NCBI GenBank assembly: GCA_965248535.1
Contig: CBDFJR010000002.1
Span: 1,856,001-1,920,000, forward strand
Length of the DNA stretch: 64,000 nucleotides
Direction of reading: 5' to 3'
Source of the DNA: Phormidesmis sp.
Lineage (GTDB): Bacteria > Cyanobacteriota > Cyanobacteriia > Leptolyngbyales > Leptolyngbyaceae
The notes beneath the pieces are model-generated. The model did no database searches. It was not told the origin of the DNA and was given only the letters and a program-made list of their open reading frames with translations. Numbering within the stretch: the stretch's first letter is position 1; every line of letters starts with the position of its first letter. Shown here piece by piece: positions 41,819 to 50,244 of the stretch. The translations under genes and the position numbers were made by a program.

Positions 41819-42206
41819 GGACAGAATCCGAGAGGGCTACAAAAATGAAGGGATAAAGTTTTAGTAAAGGAATTACTTAGTCTTCAGAATGAATACGGAA
41901 ATTTTCCTAGCCTGAAACTATCAGTAAAAATAGCTGCCCGATCGCATCTCAGCCTGGATCAGAAAAAGTTTATGACAGTAGTTTAAGCGAAGACTTGCCC
42001 CTGCGTGCACTTCTGAGAGCAAAGCTCCTAGGTTCTGATGTCGCTATAACTTCTAGCCTCTAACACAGAAGCATCCGGGATACTACCATGTTTGGCAACG
42101 TTTCTGAGAAAGCAACATCAGAACTTCGCACGACAGAGCAACGCTTAGGCAAAGTTTACACACGAGCCTAGCGCGGAGGGGTGCTTGCCAGTCGAGTACA
42201 CGCTGC

Positions 42207-42232
42207 TCAATCGCGGTCAATCGCGGTCAATC
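42207..42232. repeat. Short tandem repeat (TCAATCGCGG) x2.6
   Basis: tcaatcgcgg tcaatcgcgg tcaatc read directly. Confidence 0.7.
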
Positions 42233-42363
42233 CATTGCCTCTGCCAATCACCAATCGTTCAAAGCTGTCGCCCTAAATTCAGCCAGACTAAGTTCCCCAT
42301 CTCAAGCAACCAATGGGAGAATAGGCTAAACCCGATCGCCATCTAACCTTTGTTCTCTGAGCC

Positions 42364-42768
42364 TTGACTATGCCTCTTTCTGGTATTCGTATTCTGGTTG
42401 TAGACGATGACACCGACTCGCGAGACTTCATCACCTTTGTTTTAGAGCAAGAAGGGGCTGAGATCACCACCGCCTCGACCGCCGTCGAAGCGCTTAACGC
42501 GTTGCCTCAATGCCAGCCCGATCTTTTGGTCAGCGACATCGGGATGCCCGAAATAGATGGCTATATGCTGGTGAAACAGGTGCGATCGTGGTCATTGGAA
42601 CAAGGTGTAGAGATTCCTGCGATCGCGCTCACGGCCTACGCAGGTGAATATGATCAAAAACGGGCACTGTCAGCGGGGTTTCAGGCCCATGTGTCAAAGC
42701 CAGCCGAACCCGATCAACTGATTGCGATCGTGACTCAACTGGCAAAACCCCACAGCGTTTCGGGCTAA
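42364..42768 (+). CDS. Stand-alone receiver domain protein
   Basis: ILVVDDD, SDIGMP..DGY, ALTAYA, HVSKP; resembles the terminal receiver of cyanobacterial hybrid kinases. Confidence 0.88.
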   Translation: MTMPLSGIRILVVDDDTDSRDFITFVLEQEGAEITTASTAVEALNALPQCQPDLLVSDIGMPEIDGYMLVKQVRSWSLEQGVEIPAIALTAYAGEYDQKRALSAGFQAHVSKPAEPDQLIAIVTQLAKPHSVSG

Positions 42769-42774
42769 GAGAAT

Positions 42775-43590
42775 TTATCGACGAAAGAGTTTGGGTAAGC
42801 GAGGGCTAGCCGTCGAGCGAATCGCCAATCCTCCATTGAGTCGCTCACCTGTGCCGCCATCTTTGCGATCGAGAAACGGCTTCAAGTTGATATCACTCGA
42901 CTGTACGGTTTTAGGGGCCGTTGCGCTCGTGCGACCTAACCCTCTCAGACCGAGCAAGTTTCCTAGCTGACTGACCACATTGCTGTCTGCACCGTTTTGT
43001 CCAAAGGTCAAAACCCCCTGAGTTTGTTGACCACTATCGGCGATCGTCAGATTTTGAAACACCCGATCGCGAGTCGCTAGCGGATCTTGACCATTGGGCA
43101 CCGTCAACACAATCCGGCAAGAGGGCACCCGATCGGTCGTCACGCAGATAGTGTTGTAGCCATTCTCAACGGCTGTTTTCATCTCCAGCAGTCCATCAGC
43201 CCGATAAGACTCTAATCGCCGCGCAATCTCACCACAGCGCCGATCGGAACTCCAGCCCCCACCCAAGGCACTCGGCACTGCCCAGGAATAAGCTTGATTA
43301 GGCTGACTCTCCGGCATATACATCACGGTGTATTGGCCGTTAGCGTTTTGGCACGCAAACCGCACCCCACTTAGCGGCACACTAGGAATCGTCGAACCGG
43401 GGATCGTAGACCCGCTGCCTTCAGTAGGAACGATCACATCTCCAGACGGTGAGGTGGTTTGAGCCACCAGCACGCTGTTGGTCGGTGCAGCGATCGCCGC
43501 GCCACTCAACAGCATCGCCGCGCTTGCCCCTAGAGCGCTGATCTGCAAACCTGTCTTAACCTGCGATCGCAACATTTTAGTCAACCTCAA
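42775..43590 (-). CDS. COP23-domain secreted protein
   Basis: Signal peptide; RFAC, GGGWSSDRRC..I..RL, NGYNTIC..C..VLTV. Confidence 0.8.
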   Translation of the reverse strand: MRLTKMLRSQVKTGLQISALGASAAMLLSGAAIAAPTNSVLVAQTTSPSGDVIVPTEGSGSTIPGSTIPSVPLSGVRFACQNANGQYTVMYMPESQPNQAYSWAVPSALGGGWSSDRRCGEIARRLESYRADGLLEMKTAVENGYNTICVTTDRVPSCRIVLTVPNGQDPLATRDRVFQNLTIADSGQQTQGVLTFGQNGADSNVVSQLGNLLGLRGLGRTSATAPKTVQSSDINLKPFLDRKDGGTGERLNGGLAIRSTASPRLPKLFRR

Positions 43591-43939
43591 AGATGTAAAT
43601 AACTCAATAACTTAGACTGGATAGCTCTCTAGATCGAAGGAGGTGGGCCGCTTCTGCCCTGCGCCCAAACCCACCGTCAACCTTAAAAAACCCTGAAGGC
43701 ATCAAGCTTTCAGACGAATACGGTTTGTTCGCATCCTGAACTCCTAGACCTCGTTTTTTTGACCAGGTTCCCCAGCCCTTCTAGATGGCTCAACCTGTCT
43801 CTCAGTCTGCCTCAACCTTAGCTCTCCTAGATTGATCAAATCTCGATTAATCCATTAGTCAAGCTTAAAGGGCTTTACTTAAGTTCATGATTTTGCGTAT
43901 CGTATACTACGCGAGGATACGACAAAGGAGAAAGAAACA

Positions 43940-44911
43940 ATGTCGGCGGCAACAAAGCCCCTGACAGTTCCTAAAGAGTTGCTGGGTCCTCCTGGCGACT
44001 TCAATCCGACCCTCTTGATTTTTTGGCTCTCGGTAGCTTTAGCGGTGATCTCAACGCTGGGCTATTGGTGCTGGGGTTGGATCGATTGGTGCTGCTTCTG
44101 CCTGAATGTTTTGGCGCTTCACATGGTAGGAACCGTGATTCACGATGCCTGTCATGGGGTTGCCCATCGAAATAAGATTGTGAATGCTCTGCTGGGGCAC
44201 GGCAGCGCTTTTTTGCTGTGTTTCTCATACCCCGTGTTTACGCGGGTGCACATGCAGCATCATGCCCATGTGAATGATCCCGACAATGACCCTGATCATG
44301 TCGTTTCGACCATGGGGCCGCTGTGGATTATCAACGCCCGCTTTATGTATCACGAGTTCTTTTTCTTTCAGCGCAAGCTGTGGCGAAAGAACGAGCTTCT
44401 AGAGTGGGGTTTAGCGCGGCTCTCTCTGGGTCTAGTGCTCTATGTCGCCTATCACTACGACTTTATCGGCTATGTGTTTAACTTCTGGTTTAGCCCGCTG
44501 GCGATCGTAGGCCTAGTCCTAGGATTATTCTTTGACTATTTGCCCCATCGACCCTTTAAAGAGCGCGATCGCTGGAAAAACGCCAGAGTTTATCCCAACC
44601 GCTTACTTAACTGGCTAATCATGGGTCAGAACTATCATCTGATTCATCACCTATGGCCCTCCGTGCCCTGGTATCACTACGAGCGGGCTTATGAGGCGAC
44701 CAGACCGCTTTTAGATGCCAAAGGCAGCCGTCAGTCGATCGGGCTACTCAAAGAAGACTTTTTGGGGTTTGTCTACGACATTTTTCTAGGAATTCGGCTG
44801 CATCCCCCAAAAGCGCCGCCGATCGAGGAAGGGTTAGCGATCGCCAAAACCCTGCCAGAAAACTCTGTCGAATTGGTGAGCGATCAGGCATCTCAAAATC
44901 TATCTCCATGA
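43940..44911 (+). CDS. crtR: Beta-carotene hydroxylase
   Basis: His boxes HDACH, HMQHH, NYHLIHH; FFDYLPHRPF. Confidence 0.93.
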   Translation: MSAATKPLTVPKELLGPPGDFNPTLLIFWLSVALAVISTLGYWCWGWIDWCCFCLNVLALHMVGTVIHDACHGVAHRNKIVNALLGHGSAFLLCFSYPVFTRVHMQHHAHVNDPDNDPDHVVSTMGPLWIINARFMYHEFFFFQRKLWRKNELLEWGLARLSLGLVLYVAYHYDFIGYVFNFWFSPLAIVGLVLGLFFDYLPHRPFKERDRWKNARVYPNRLLNWLIMGQNYHLIHHLWPSVPWYHYERAYEATRPLLDAKGSRQSIGLLKEDFLGFVYDIFLGIRLHPPKAPPIEEGLAIAKTLPENSVELVSDQASQNLSP

Positions 44912-44987
44912 AGAGGCTTTCACCCTAGGGCTAGGTCAAGATCGGTCTAGAAAAACTGATTATTGATCAAGCTTAAGGAGAAAAACA

Positions 44988-45356
44988 ATGTTGGGATATT
45001 TCTTTGTAGTGTTGTCTACTGCTTTGAGCCTGCTAGTCGTCGATATTGTGCTGCCTGGCGTAAACATTGCTTCCTTTCCATCTGCTTTGATTGCAGGTGT
45101 GGCGATCGGGCTAGTTAACGCCTTTGTGAAGCCGATTTTGGCGCTGCTCACCCTGCCTGTTAACTTTTTGACCTTGGGCCTGTTTTCGCTCGTCGTCAAC
45201 GGCATTTGTTTTTCGCTAGCGGCGGCAATTACGCCGGGGTTTGGGGTTCATGGCATTTTGGCCTTTATTCTAGGGCCGGTGATTCTGTCATTTGCCAGCA
45301 CCTTTCTCAATAAGTATTTCGCAGAGCGCACTGTTGACCTCAAAACTGAAGCCTAA
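44988..45356 (+). CDS. 4-TM phage holin family (YvlD-like) membrane protein
   Basis: GLVNAFVKPILALLTLPVNFLTLGLFSLVVN. Confidence 0.85.
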   Translation: MLGYFFVVLSTALSLLVVDIVLPGVNIASFPSALIAGVAIGLVNAFVKPILALLTLPVNFLTLGLFSLVVNGICFSLAAAITPGFGVHGILAFILGPVILSFASTFLNKYFAERTVDLKTEA

Positions 45357-45371
45357 TCTTGCACCTCTTGC

Positions 45372-45428
45372 ACCCTAAATCCCCCATTCTGGGGGACTTT
45401 GAGCCTTAGTATTGGAGGATTTGAGGGC
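45372..45428. repeat. Degenerate cyanobacterial short dispersed palindromic repeat
   Basis: CCCTAAATCCCCCATTCTGGGGGACTT...TTGGAGGATTTGAGGG; nested inverted repeats. Confidence 0.5.
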
Positions 45429-45516
45429 GATTAATAAGCTTGTGGCTAACGTGCTCTTGTGCGTTCTCCAATTACCCTCACAACCTAGTGATGAGCATCG
45501 GAAGTCCGTTTTAGAT

Positions 45517-45882
45517 TTAAAATCGCTGGTATAAAATCAATCGATTGCCCTCTGGGTCATAGGCGTAAATTTCTCTGCCGTGAGAGGGCGTGAGAATCTC
45601 TCCCGGTGGAGGATAGCCCATTTGAGTTAGATGCCCGATCGCCGCTTCTAGATCCTCAACCTCTAGACATAAACTCATGGCGGGGAATGGAGTCGAAACA
45701 GGGGGCTGGTCTAGAGTGGGCTGATAGATTCCCAATCGCAAGCTAGGAAGCTGAAACTCTGCATAAACATGGGGAATCAGCAACGTGGGTTCTAAACCGA
45801 GTAGACGATCGTAGAACTCGATCGCTCGATCAAACTGATTTGCCGCCAAAGTCACCCACGCCGATCGACAGACAAATTTCAT
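45517..45882 (-). CDS. VOC/glyoxalase family protein
   Basis: VTLAA..FY..LLG, SLCLEVEDL, HGREIYAYDPEGNRL. Confidence 0.88.
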   Translation of the reverse strand: MKFVCRSAWVTLAANQFDRAIEFYDRLLGLEPTLLIPHVYAEFQLPSLRLGIYQPTLDQPPVSTPFPAMSLCLEVEDLEAAIGHLTQMGYPPPGEILTPSHGREIYAYDPEGNRLILYQRF

Positions 45883-47210
45883 GGAAAACCTCCGAGAAAC
45901 CCTGATGCTTCAGTACAGGGAGGGATAGGAGCGGCGACTGGATCGAGTCGCCAATCTCTTAGGCTTCTCACAGAATAGATGCTATACTGTGAGGCATGAC
46001 GCAGAAAGCCTTCAAGTACAGAATTTATCCAACGCCTGAGCAAGAATCCTTGCTCAGGCGCACGATGGGCTGTGCTCGCTTGGTGTATAACCGCGCCCTT
46101 GCCTTGCGAACTGACGCATGGTACAACGACCAGAAACGAGTCGGATACAGCGAGACATCTGCGAGTTTGACTGAGTGGAAGAAAAACGAAAGCCTGAGCT
46201 TTCTCAATGAGGTCAGTTGCGTTCCGCTTCAACAGGGATTGAGGCATCTGCAAACCGCGTTCTCCAACTTCTTTGCAGGACGGGCGAACTATCCCACTTT
46301 CAAGAAGAAGCGAAATGGCGGCAGTGCAGAGTTCACCAAGTCTGCCTTTAAGTGGAAGGATGGGCAACTGTTCCTGGCAAAGTGCCTGGAGCCGCTCAAC
46401 ATTCGCTGGAGCCGCACTCTGCCCGATGGTGTTGTGCCTTCCACCGTCACGGTGAAGCTCTCTCCTGCTGGAAGATGGACGGTTTCTCTGCTGACGGATG
46501 TTGAGATTGAGCCATTGCCCACCTCTCTCAACCAAGTTGGGATGGATTTGGGCATCACCAGTTTGATCGCTCTGAGTACGGGCAAAAAGGTTGTCAATCC
46601 TAAAGGCTTCAAAGCAAAACGTGCCAAGCTCAACCGAGCGCAGAAAGCGTTGAGCCGGAAGCAAAAAGGGTCGAACAACCGATATAAAGCTCGAATCAAA
46701 GTCGCTAAAGTTCATGCAGAAATTAGCGATGCTAGAAAGGATTTTCTTCATAAGTTGACGACTCAATTGGTGCGTGAAAACCAAACCATCGCCGTTGAGG
46801 ATTTGGCTGTGAAGAACATGGTGAAGAATCGGAAACTTGCCAAATCCATCAGTGATGCGAGTTGGGGTGAATTGGTCAGACAACTTGAATATAAGTGCGA
46901 CTGGTACGGTCGAAACTTCGTCAAGATTGACCGTTGGTTTCCGAGTTCTAAACGATGTGGCAGTTGTGGTCACATCGTCGATCAGTTGCCGTTGAATATC
47001 CGGGAATGGGACTGTCCCAACTGTGAGATACATCACGACCGGGACATCAACGCAGCCAAAAACATACTCGCCGCAGGGCTTGCGGTGAAAGTCTGTGGAG
47101 CGAACATAAGACCGGATAGGCATAAGTCTGATGGCAGTTGCGATGAAGCAGAAAGGTCTAAGAAGTGATTCTTGGAATCCCTGTACCTTTTAGGTTGGGG
47201 AGGATGTCAA
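45883..47210 (+). mobile_element. IS200/IS605-family element, tnpB only (IS1341-like)
   Basis: Left end: target TCAT, guide GAAA, hairpin CCCTG..CAGGG (45900-45920). Right end: guide GAAT, hairpin, terminal TCAA (47207-47210). No HIP1, no tnpA. Confidence 0.9.
45996..47168 (+). CDS. tnpB: RNA-guided endonuclease TnpB
   Basis: HTH start KAFKYRIYPT; RuvC D (GMDLG), E (AVEDL), D (HDRDINAA); zinc ribbon CGSC..CPNC. Confidence 0.96.
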   Translation: MTQKAFKYRIYPTPEQESLLRRTMGCARLVYNRALALRTDAWYNDQKRVGYSETSASLTEWKKNESLSFLNEVSCVPLQQGLRHLQTAFSNFFAGRANYPTFKKKRNGGSAEFTKSAFKWKDGQLFLAKCLEPLNIRWSRTLPDGVVPSTVTVKLSPAGRWTVSLLTDVEIEPLPTSLNQVGMDLGITSLIALSTGKKVVNPKGFKAKRAKLNRAQKALSRKQKGSNNRYKARIKVAKVHAEISDARKDFLHKLTTQLVRENQTIAVEDLAVKNMVKNRKLAKSISDASWGELVRQLEYKCDWYGRNFVKIDRWFPSSKRCGSCGHIVDQLPLNIREWDCPNCEIHHDRDINAAKNILAAGLAVKVCGANIRPDRHKSDGSCDEAERSKK

Positions 47211-47226
47211 AGTCAAAAATCTCTAA
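47070..47226 (+). ncRNA. Predicted TnpB omegaRNA (scaffold plus ~16-nt flanking guide AGTCAAAAATCTCTAA)
   Basis: Position inferred from known TnpB biology (overlaps the tnpB 3' end and right end); CCGCAGG/CTTGCGG hairpin at the start; boundaries approximate. Confidence 0.6.
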
Positions 47227-47312
47227 AAAATCCGCTGATAGGCACAAGCAAAATCTGGCTCAAACGCTAAATTAAAAGGTGTGACTCGTCCTTATAATCG
47301 AGGGTTTTTGCA

Positions 47313-48395
47313 ATGACCGCTACACTCTCTGCACCTCAGTCGATCGAGGCTTGGTTAGGCGACGAAGCAGACGATCTGCTCACCCACCAGGCAAAAGTTT
47401 CTAAAGATTTGCTGCATTTGCCCGGTTCAGACTTTATTGACAGAACGTTTGCCTATAGCGATCGTTCGCCGCAAGTGCTTCGCAGTCTCCAACAACTCTA
47501 CTCGTTTGGGCGCTTGGCCAACACTGGATATTTGTCAATCTTGCCCGTCGATCAGGGCATCGAGCATTCGGCGGGTGCATCGTTTGCCCCAAATCCGATT
47601 TATTTTGATAGTGAAAATATTGTAAAACTGGCGATCGCCGCAGGCTGCAACGCGGTGGCGACGACCCTAGGGGTGTTGGGCAGCGTCTCTCGTAAATTTG
47701 CTCACAAGATTCCCTTTATCACCAAGATCAATCACAACGAGTTGCTGACCTTTCCCAATAATTTTGATCAGTTTATGTTCGCCTCAGTCGAGCAAGCGTG
47801 GAATCTGGGATCAGTAGCAGTTGGGGCGACGATTTATTTCGGTTCGCCTGAGTCGAGTCGGCAGATTCAAGAAGTCAGCCGTGCCTTTGCTCGGGCCCAT
47901 GAGCTAGGCATGGCAACGGTTCTCTGGTGCTATCTCCGCAATCCCGCGTTTAAGCAAGATAAAGACTATCACTTAGCGGCAGATTTGACGGGTCAAGCCA
48001 ATCATCTAGGAGTGACGATCGAAGCCGACATCATCAAACAAAAACTGCCCGAAGTGAATAACGGCTATGGCGCAGTTGCCCAAGCCACGGGCAAGAGCTA
48101 TGGCAAAACTGACAAGCGCGTTTATTCTGACCTCACGACCGATCACCCGATCGATTTGACCCGCTATCAGCTTCTCAACTGCTATTCAGGACGAGTCGGC
48201 TTGATCAACTCAGGCGGCGCGTCAGGAAAAGCCGACTTTGCCGAAGCGATTCGCACGGCCGTGATCAACAAGCGGGCAGGAGGCACTGGACTGATTTCGG
48301 GACGCAAGACCTTTCAGCGTCCGTTTGATGAAGGCGTGAAGCTATTTCATCAGATTCAGGATGTCTATCTGTCGCCCGATGTCACGATCGCCTGA
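47313..48395 (+). CDS. fbaB: Class I fructose-bisphosphate aldolase
   Basis: [40 protein letters not shown]. Confidence 0.95.
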   Translation: MTATLSAPQSIEAWLGDEADDLLTHQAKVSKDLLHLPGSDFIDRTFAYSDRSPQVLRSLQQLYSFGRLANTGYLSILPVDQGIEHSAGASFAPNPIYFDSENIVKLAIAAGCNAVATTLGVLGSVSRKFAHKIPFITKINHNELLTFPNNFDQFMFASVEQAWNLGSVAVGATIYFGSPESSRQIQEVSRAFARAHELGMATVLWCYLRNPAFKQDKDYHLAADLTGQANHLGVTIEADIIKQKLPEVNNGYGAVAQATGKSYGKTDKRVYSDLTTDHPIDLTRYQLLNCYSGRVGLINSGGASGKADFAEAIRTAVINKRAGGTGLISGRKTFQRPFDEGVKLFHQIQDVYLSPDVTIA

Positions 48396-48533
48396 CACGA
48401 CGAGTTTCAAGGCTGGAGTTTTGGGTTAAAATCCACTATTACGATTTAACACTGAGGCACAAACGTTACGGCAGATTGTCTCGACGTGATTTTTTGTGTC
48501 TCAACGCACTCAAAACTCCTAACTCAAAATTCT

Positions 48534-49700
48534 ATGAAGCTGGCAGCACGGGTTAAGCAGGTGACTCCTTCTTTGACATTGGCGATCGATGCTAAAGCCA
48601 AAGCCATGAAGCGAGACGGAATCGATGTCTGTAGCTTTAGCGCCGGAGAACCCGATTTTGACACGCCAGATCACATCAAATTGGCGGCGATAGAGGCTCT
48701 TAAGTTAGGCAAAACCCGCTATGGCCCGGCGGTAGGAGAGCCGCTACTGAGAGCGGCGATCGCCCACAAACTGCAAACCGACAATCACCTTGGCTACAGC
48801 GCTGACCACATCATCGTCACCAACGGTGGCAAACATTCGCTCTATAACTTGATGATGGCGCTGATCGAGGCGGGCGACGAAGTAATTATTCCGGCTCCTT
48901 TTTGGGTGAGCTATCCCGAAATGGTGAAGCTTGCTGAAGGCACTCCGGTGATCGTCCAAACGACGGCAGAAAGCGGCTATAAGATTACGCCTGACCAGTT
49001 GCGACAAGCGATCACGCCCAAAACGCGGCTGTTTATTCTCAATTCGCCCTCTAACCCAACGGGGATGGTCTACACGCCCGACGAAGTGAGAGCGATCGCG
49101 GCGGTGGTGGTCGAAAACGATATTTTGGTAGTCTCTGATGAGATTTATGAAAAGCTGCTCTATGACGGTGCTGAACACTTGAGCATTGGAGCGGTGAGTT
49201 CTGAGGTGTTCGATCGCACGATTATCAGCAGCGGGTTTGCCAAAGCGTATTCTATGACGGGTTGGCGAGTCGGCTATTTGGCGGCTCCCCTAGAAATTCT
49301 CAAAGCCGTCAGCATGATTCAAGGGCACAGCACGTCTAACGTGTGTACGTTTGCTCAATATGGCGCGATCGCGGCCCTCGAAAATTCTCAAGATTGTGTC
49401 GAGAAGATGCGTCTGGCCTTTGCCGATCGTCGCCAAGTCATCTTTGATCGGGTGAATGCGATTCCTGGGTTGACCTGCCTCAAGCCTGACGGGGCATTCT
49501 ATCTATTCATCAACACTAGCCAATTGGGGATGTCCTCCCTTGAGTTTTGCGATCAGCTATTAAGCGAAAAGCAGGTCGCCGTGATTCCCGGCGTTGCATT
49601 TGGGGCAGATGATCATATTCGGCTCTCTTATGCGACCGATATGGACACGATCGAGCGCGGCATCGATCGACTAGCCGCCTTTGTGAAATCCAAACTTTAG
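48534..49700 (+). CDS. aspC: PLP-dependent class I/II (aspartate) aminotransferase
   Basis: [40 protein letters not shown]. Confidence 0.9.
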   Translation: MKLAARVKQVTPSLTLAIDAKAKAMKRDGIDVCSFSAGEPDFDTPDHIKLAAIEALKLGKTRYGPAVGEPLLRAAIAHKLQTDNHLGYSADHIIVTNGGKHSLYNLMMALIEAGDEVIIPAPFWVSYPEMVKLAEGTPVIVQTTAESGYKITPDQLRQAITPKTRLFILNSPSNPTGMVYTPDEVRAIAAVVVENDILVVSDEIYEKLLYDGAEHLSIGAVSSEVFDRTIISSGFAKAYSMTGWRVGYLAAPLEILKAVSMIQGHSTSNVCTFAQYGAIAALENSQDCVEKMRLAFADRRQVIFDRVNAIPGLTCLKPDGAFYLFINTSQLGMSSLEFCDQLLSEKQVAVIPGVAFGADDHIRLSYATDMDTIERGIDRLAAFVKSKL

Positions 49701-49701
49701 C

Positions 49702-50161
49702 CCCAACGTCGTAAGCCCCGCGTTCTACCCGCTTCGGGTAAACGTCGGGATATAAGACGGCGCGACGTAAATACGAAGTCAAGCAGACTCCTGCAAACGT
49801 AGTGCGGAAGCCTGGTATAGTACAGATGGTCGTTGACCCGCCCGATTGTATGGAACAGACAGGCTAACTTCAAAGTAGTCGGACTTGCCGCAGATACATC
49901 AAAGTTCGGGGAAGGAACATATCTTGCTGGTGGGCTATTGCCGTAAATCCATGATGTGTTGTGCGAAAAGCTATCAACCTTGGGACACAGGGTTGCCGCC
50001 TGGGTAACGTTATGGAGCGTTGCGAGAGTCAGTGAGATGTTCTGCATTTCAAAACCTCTGGAGTCAATGTCAGACCAAAGTCAAGGCAACTTGATGGAGG
50101 CAGTTGCCGACGAAACAGGAAGCCCGTGCTGTGTGCGTAGCATCAGCGTCGGGTATGTCAC
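49702..50161 (+). mobile_element. Non-autonomous, protein-free IS200/IS605 derivative (PATE-like)
   Basis: Left-end hairpin 49716-49749 preceded by TAAG; right-end hairpin 50123-50153 preceded by GAAG; terminal TCAC. Left boundary is uncertain by 1 nt. Confidence 0.8.
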
Positions 50162-50198
50162 CCCACTGAGGCTAAGGATCGGGGATTAAATCACCTGC

Positions 50199-50232
50199 GT
50201 AGGGTGGAGTTGAGAGACAAAACCCACCCTAC
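50199..50232. repeat. GTAG-type REP-like palindrome
   Basis: GTAGGGTGG ... CCACCCTAC, 9-bp perfect inverted repeat between convergent genes. Confidence 0.65.
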
Positions 50233-50244
50233 AAACTAGTTGGG

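Noticed and set aside
44988..45356. Prophage suggested by the holin-family gene
   Set aside because: The YvlD-like family is commonly chromosomal, and there are no other phage genes.
49697..50189. ORFs 49697-50047 (-) and 49956-50189 (+) as proteins
   Set aside because: They lie within the structured mini-element, have no recognisable domain and no convincing RBS.
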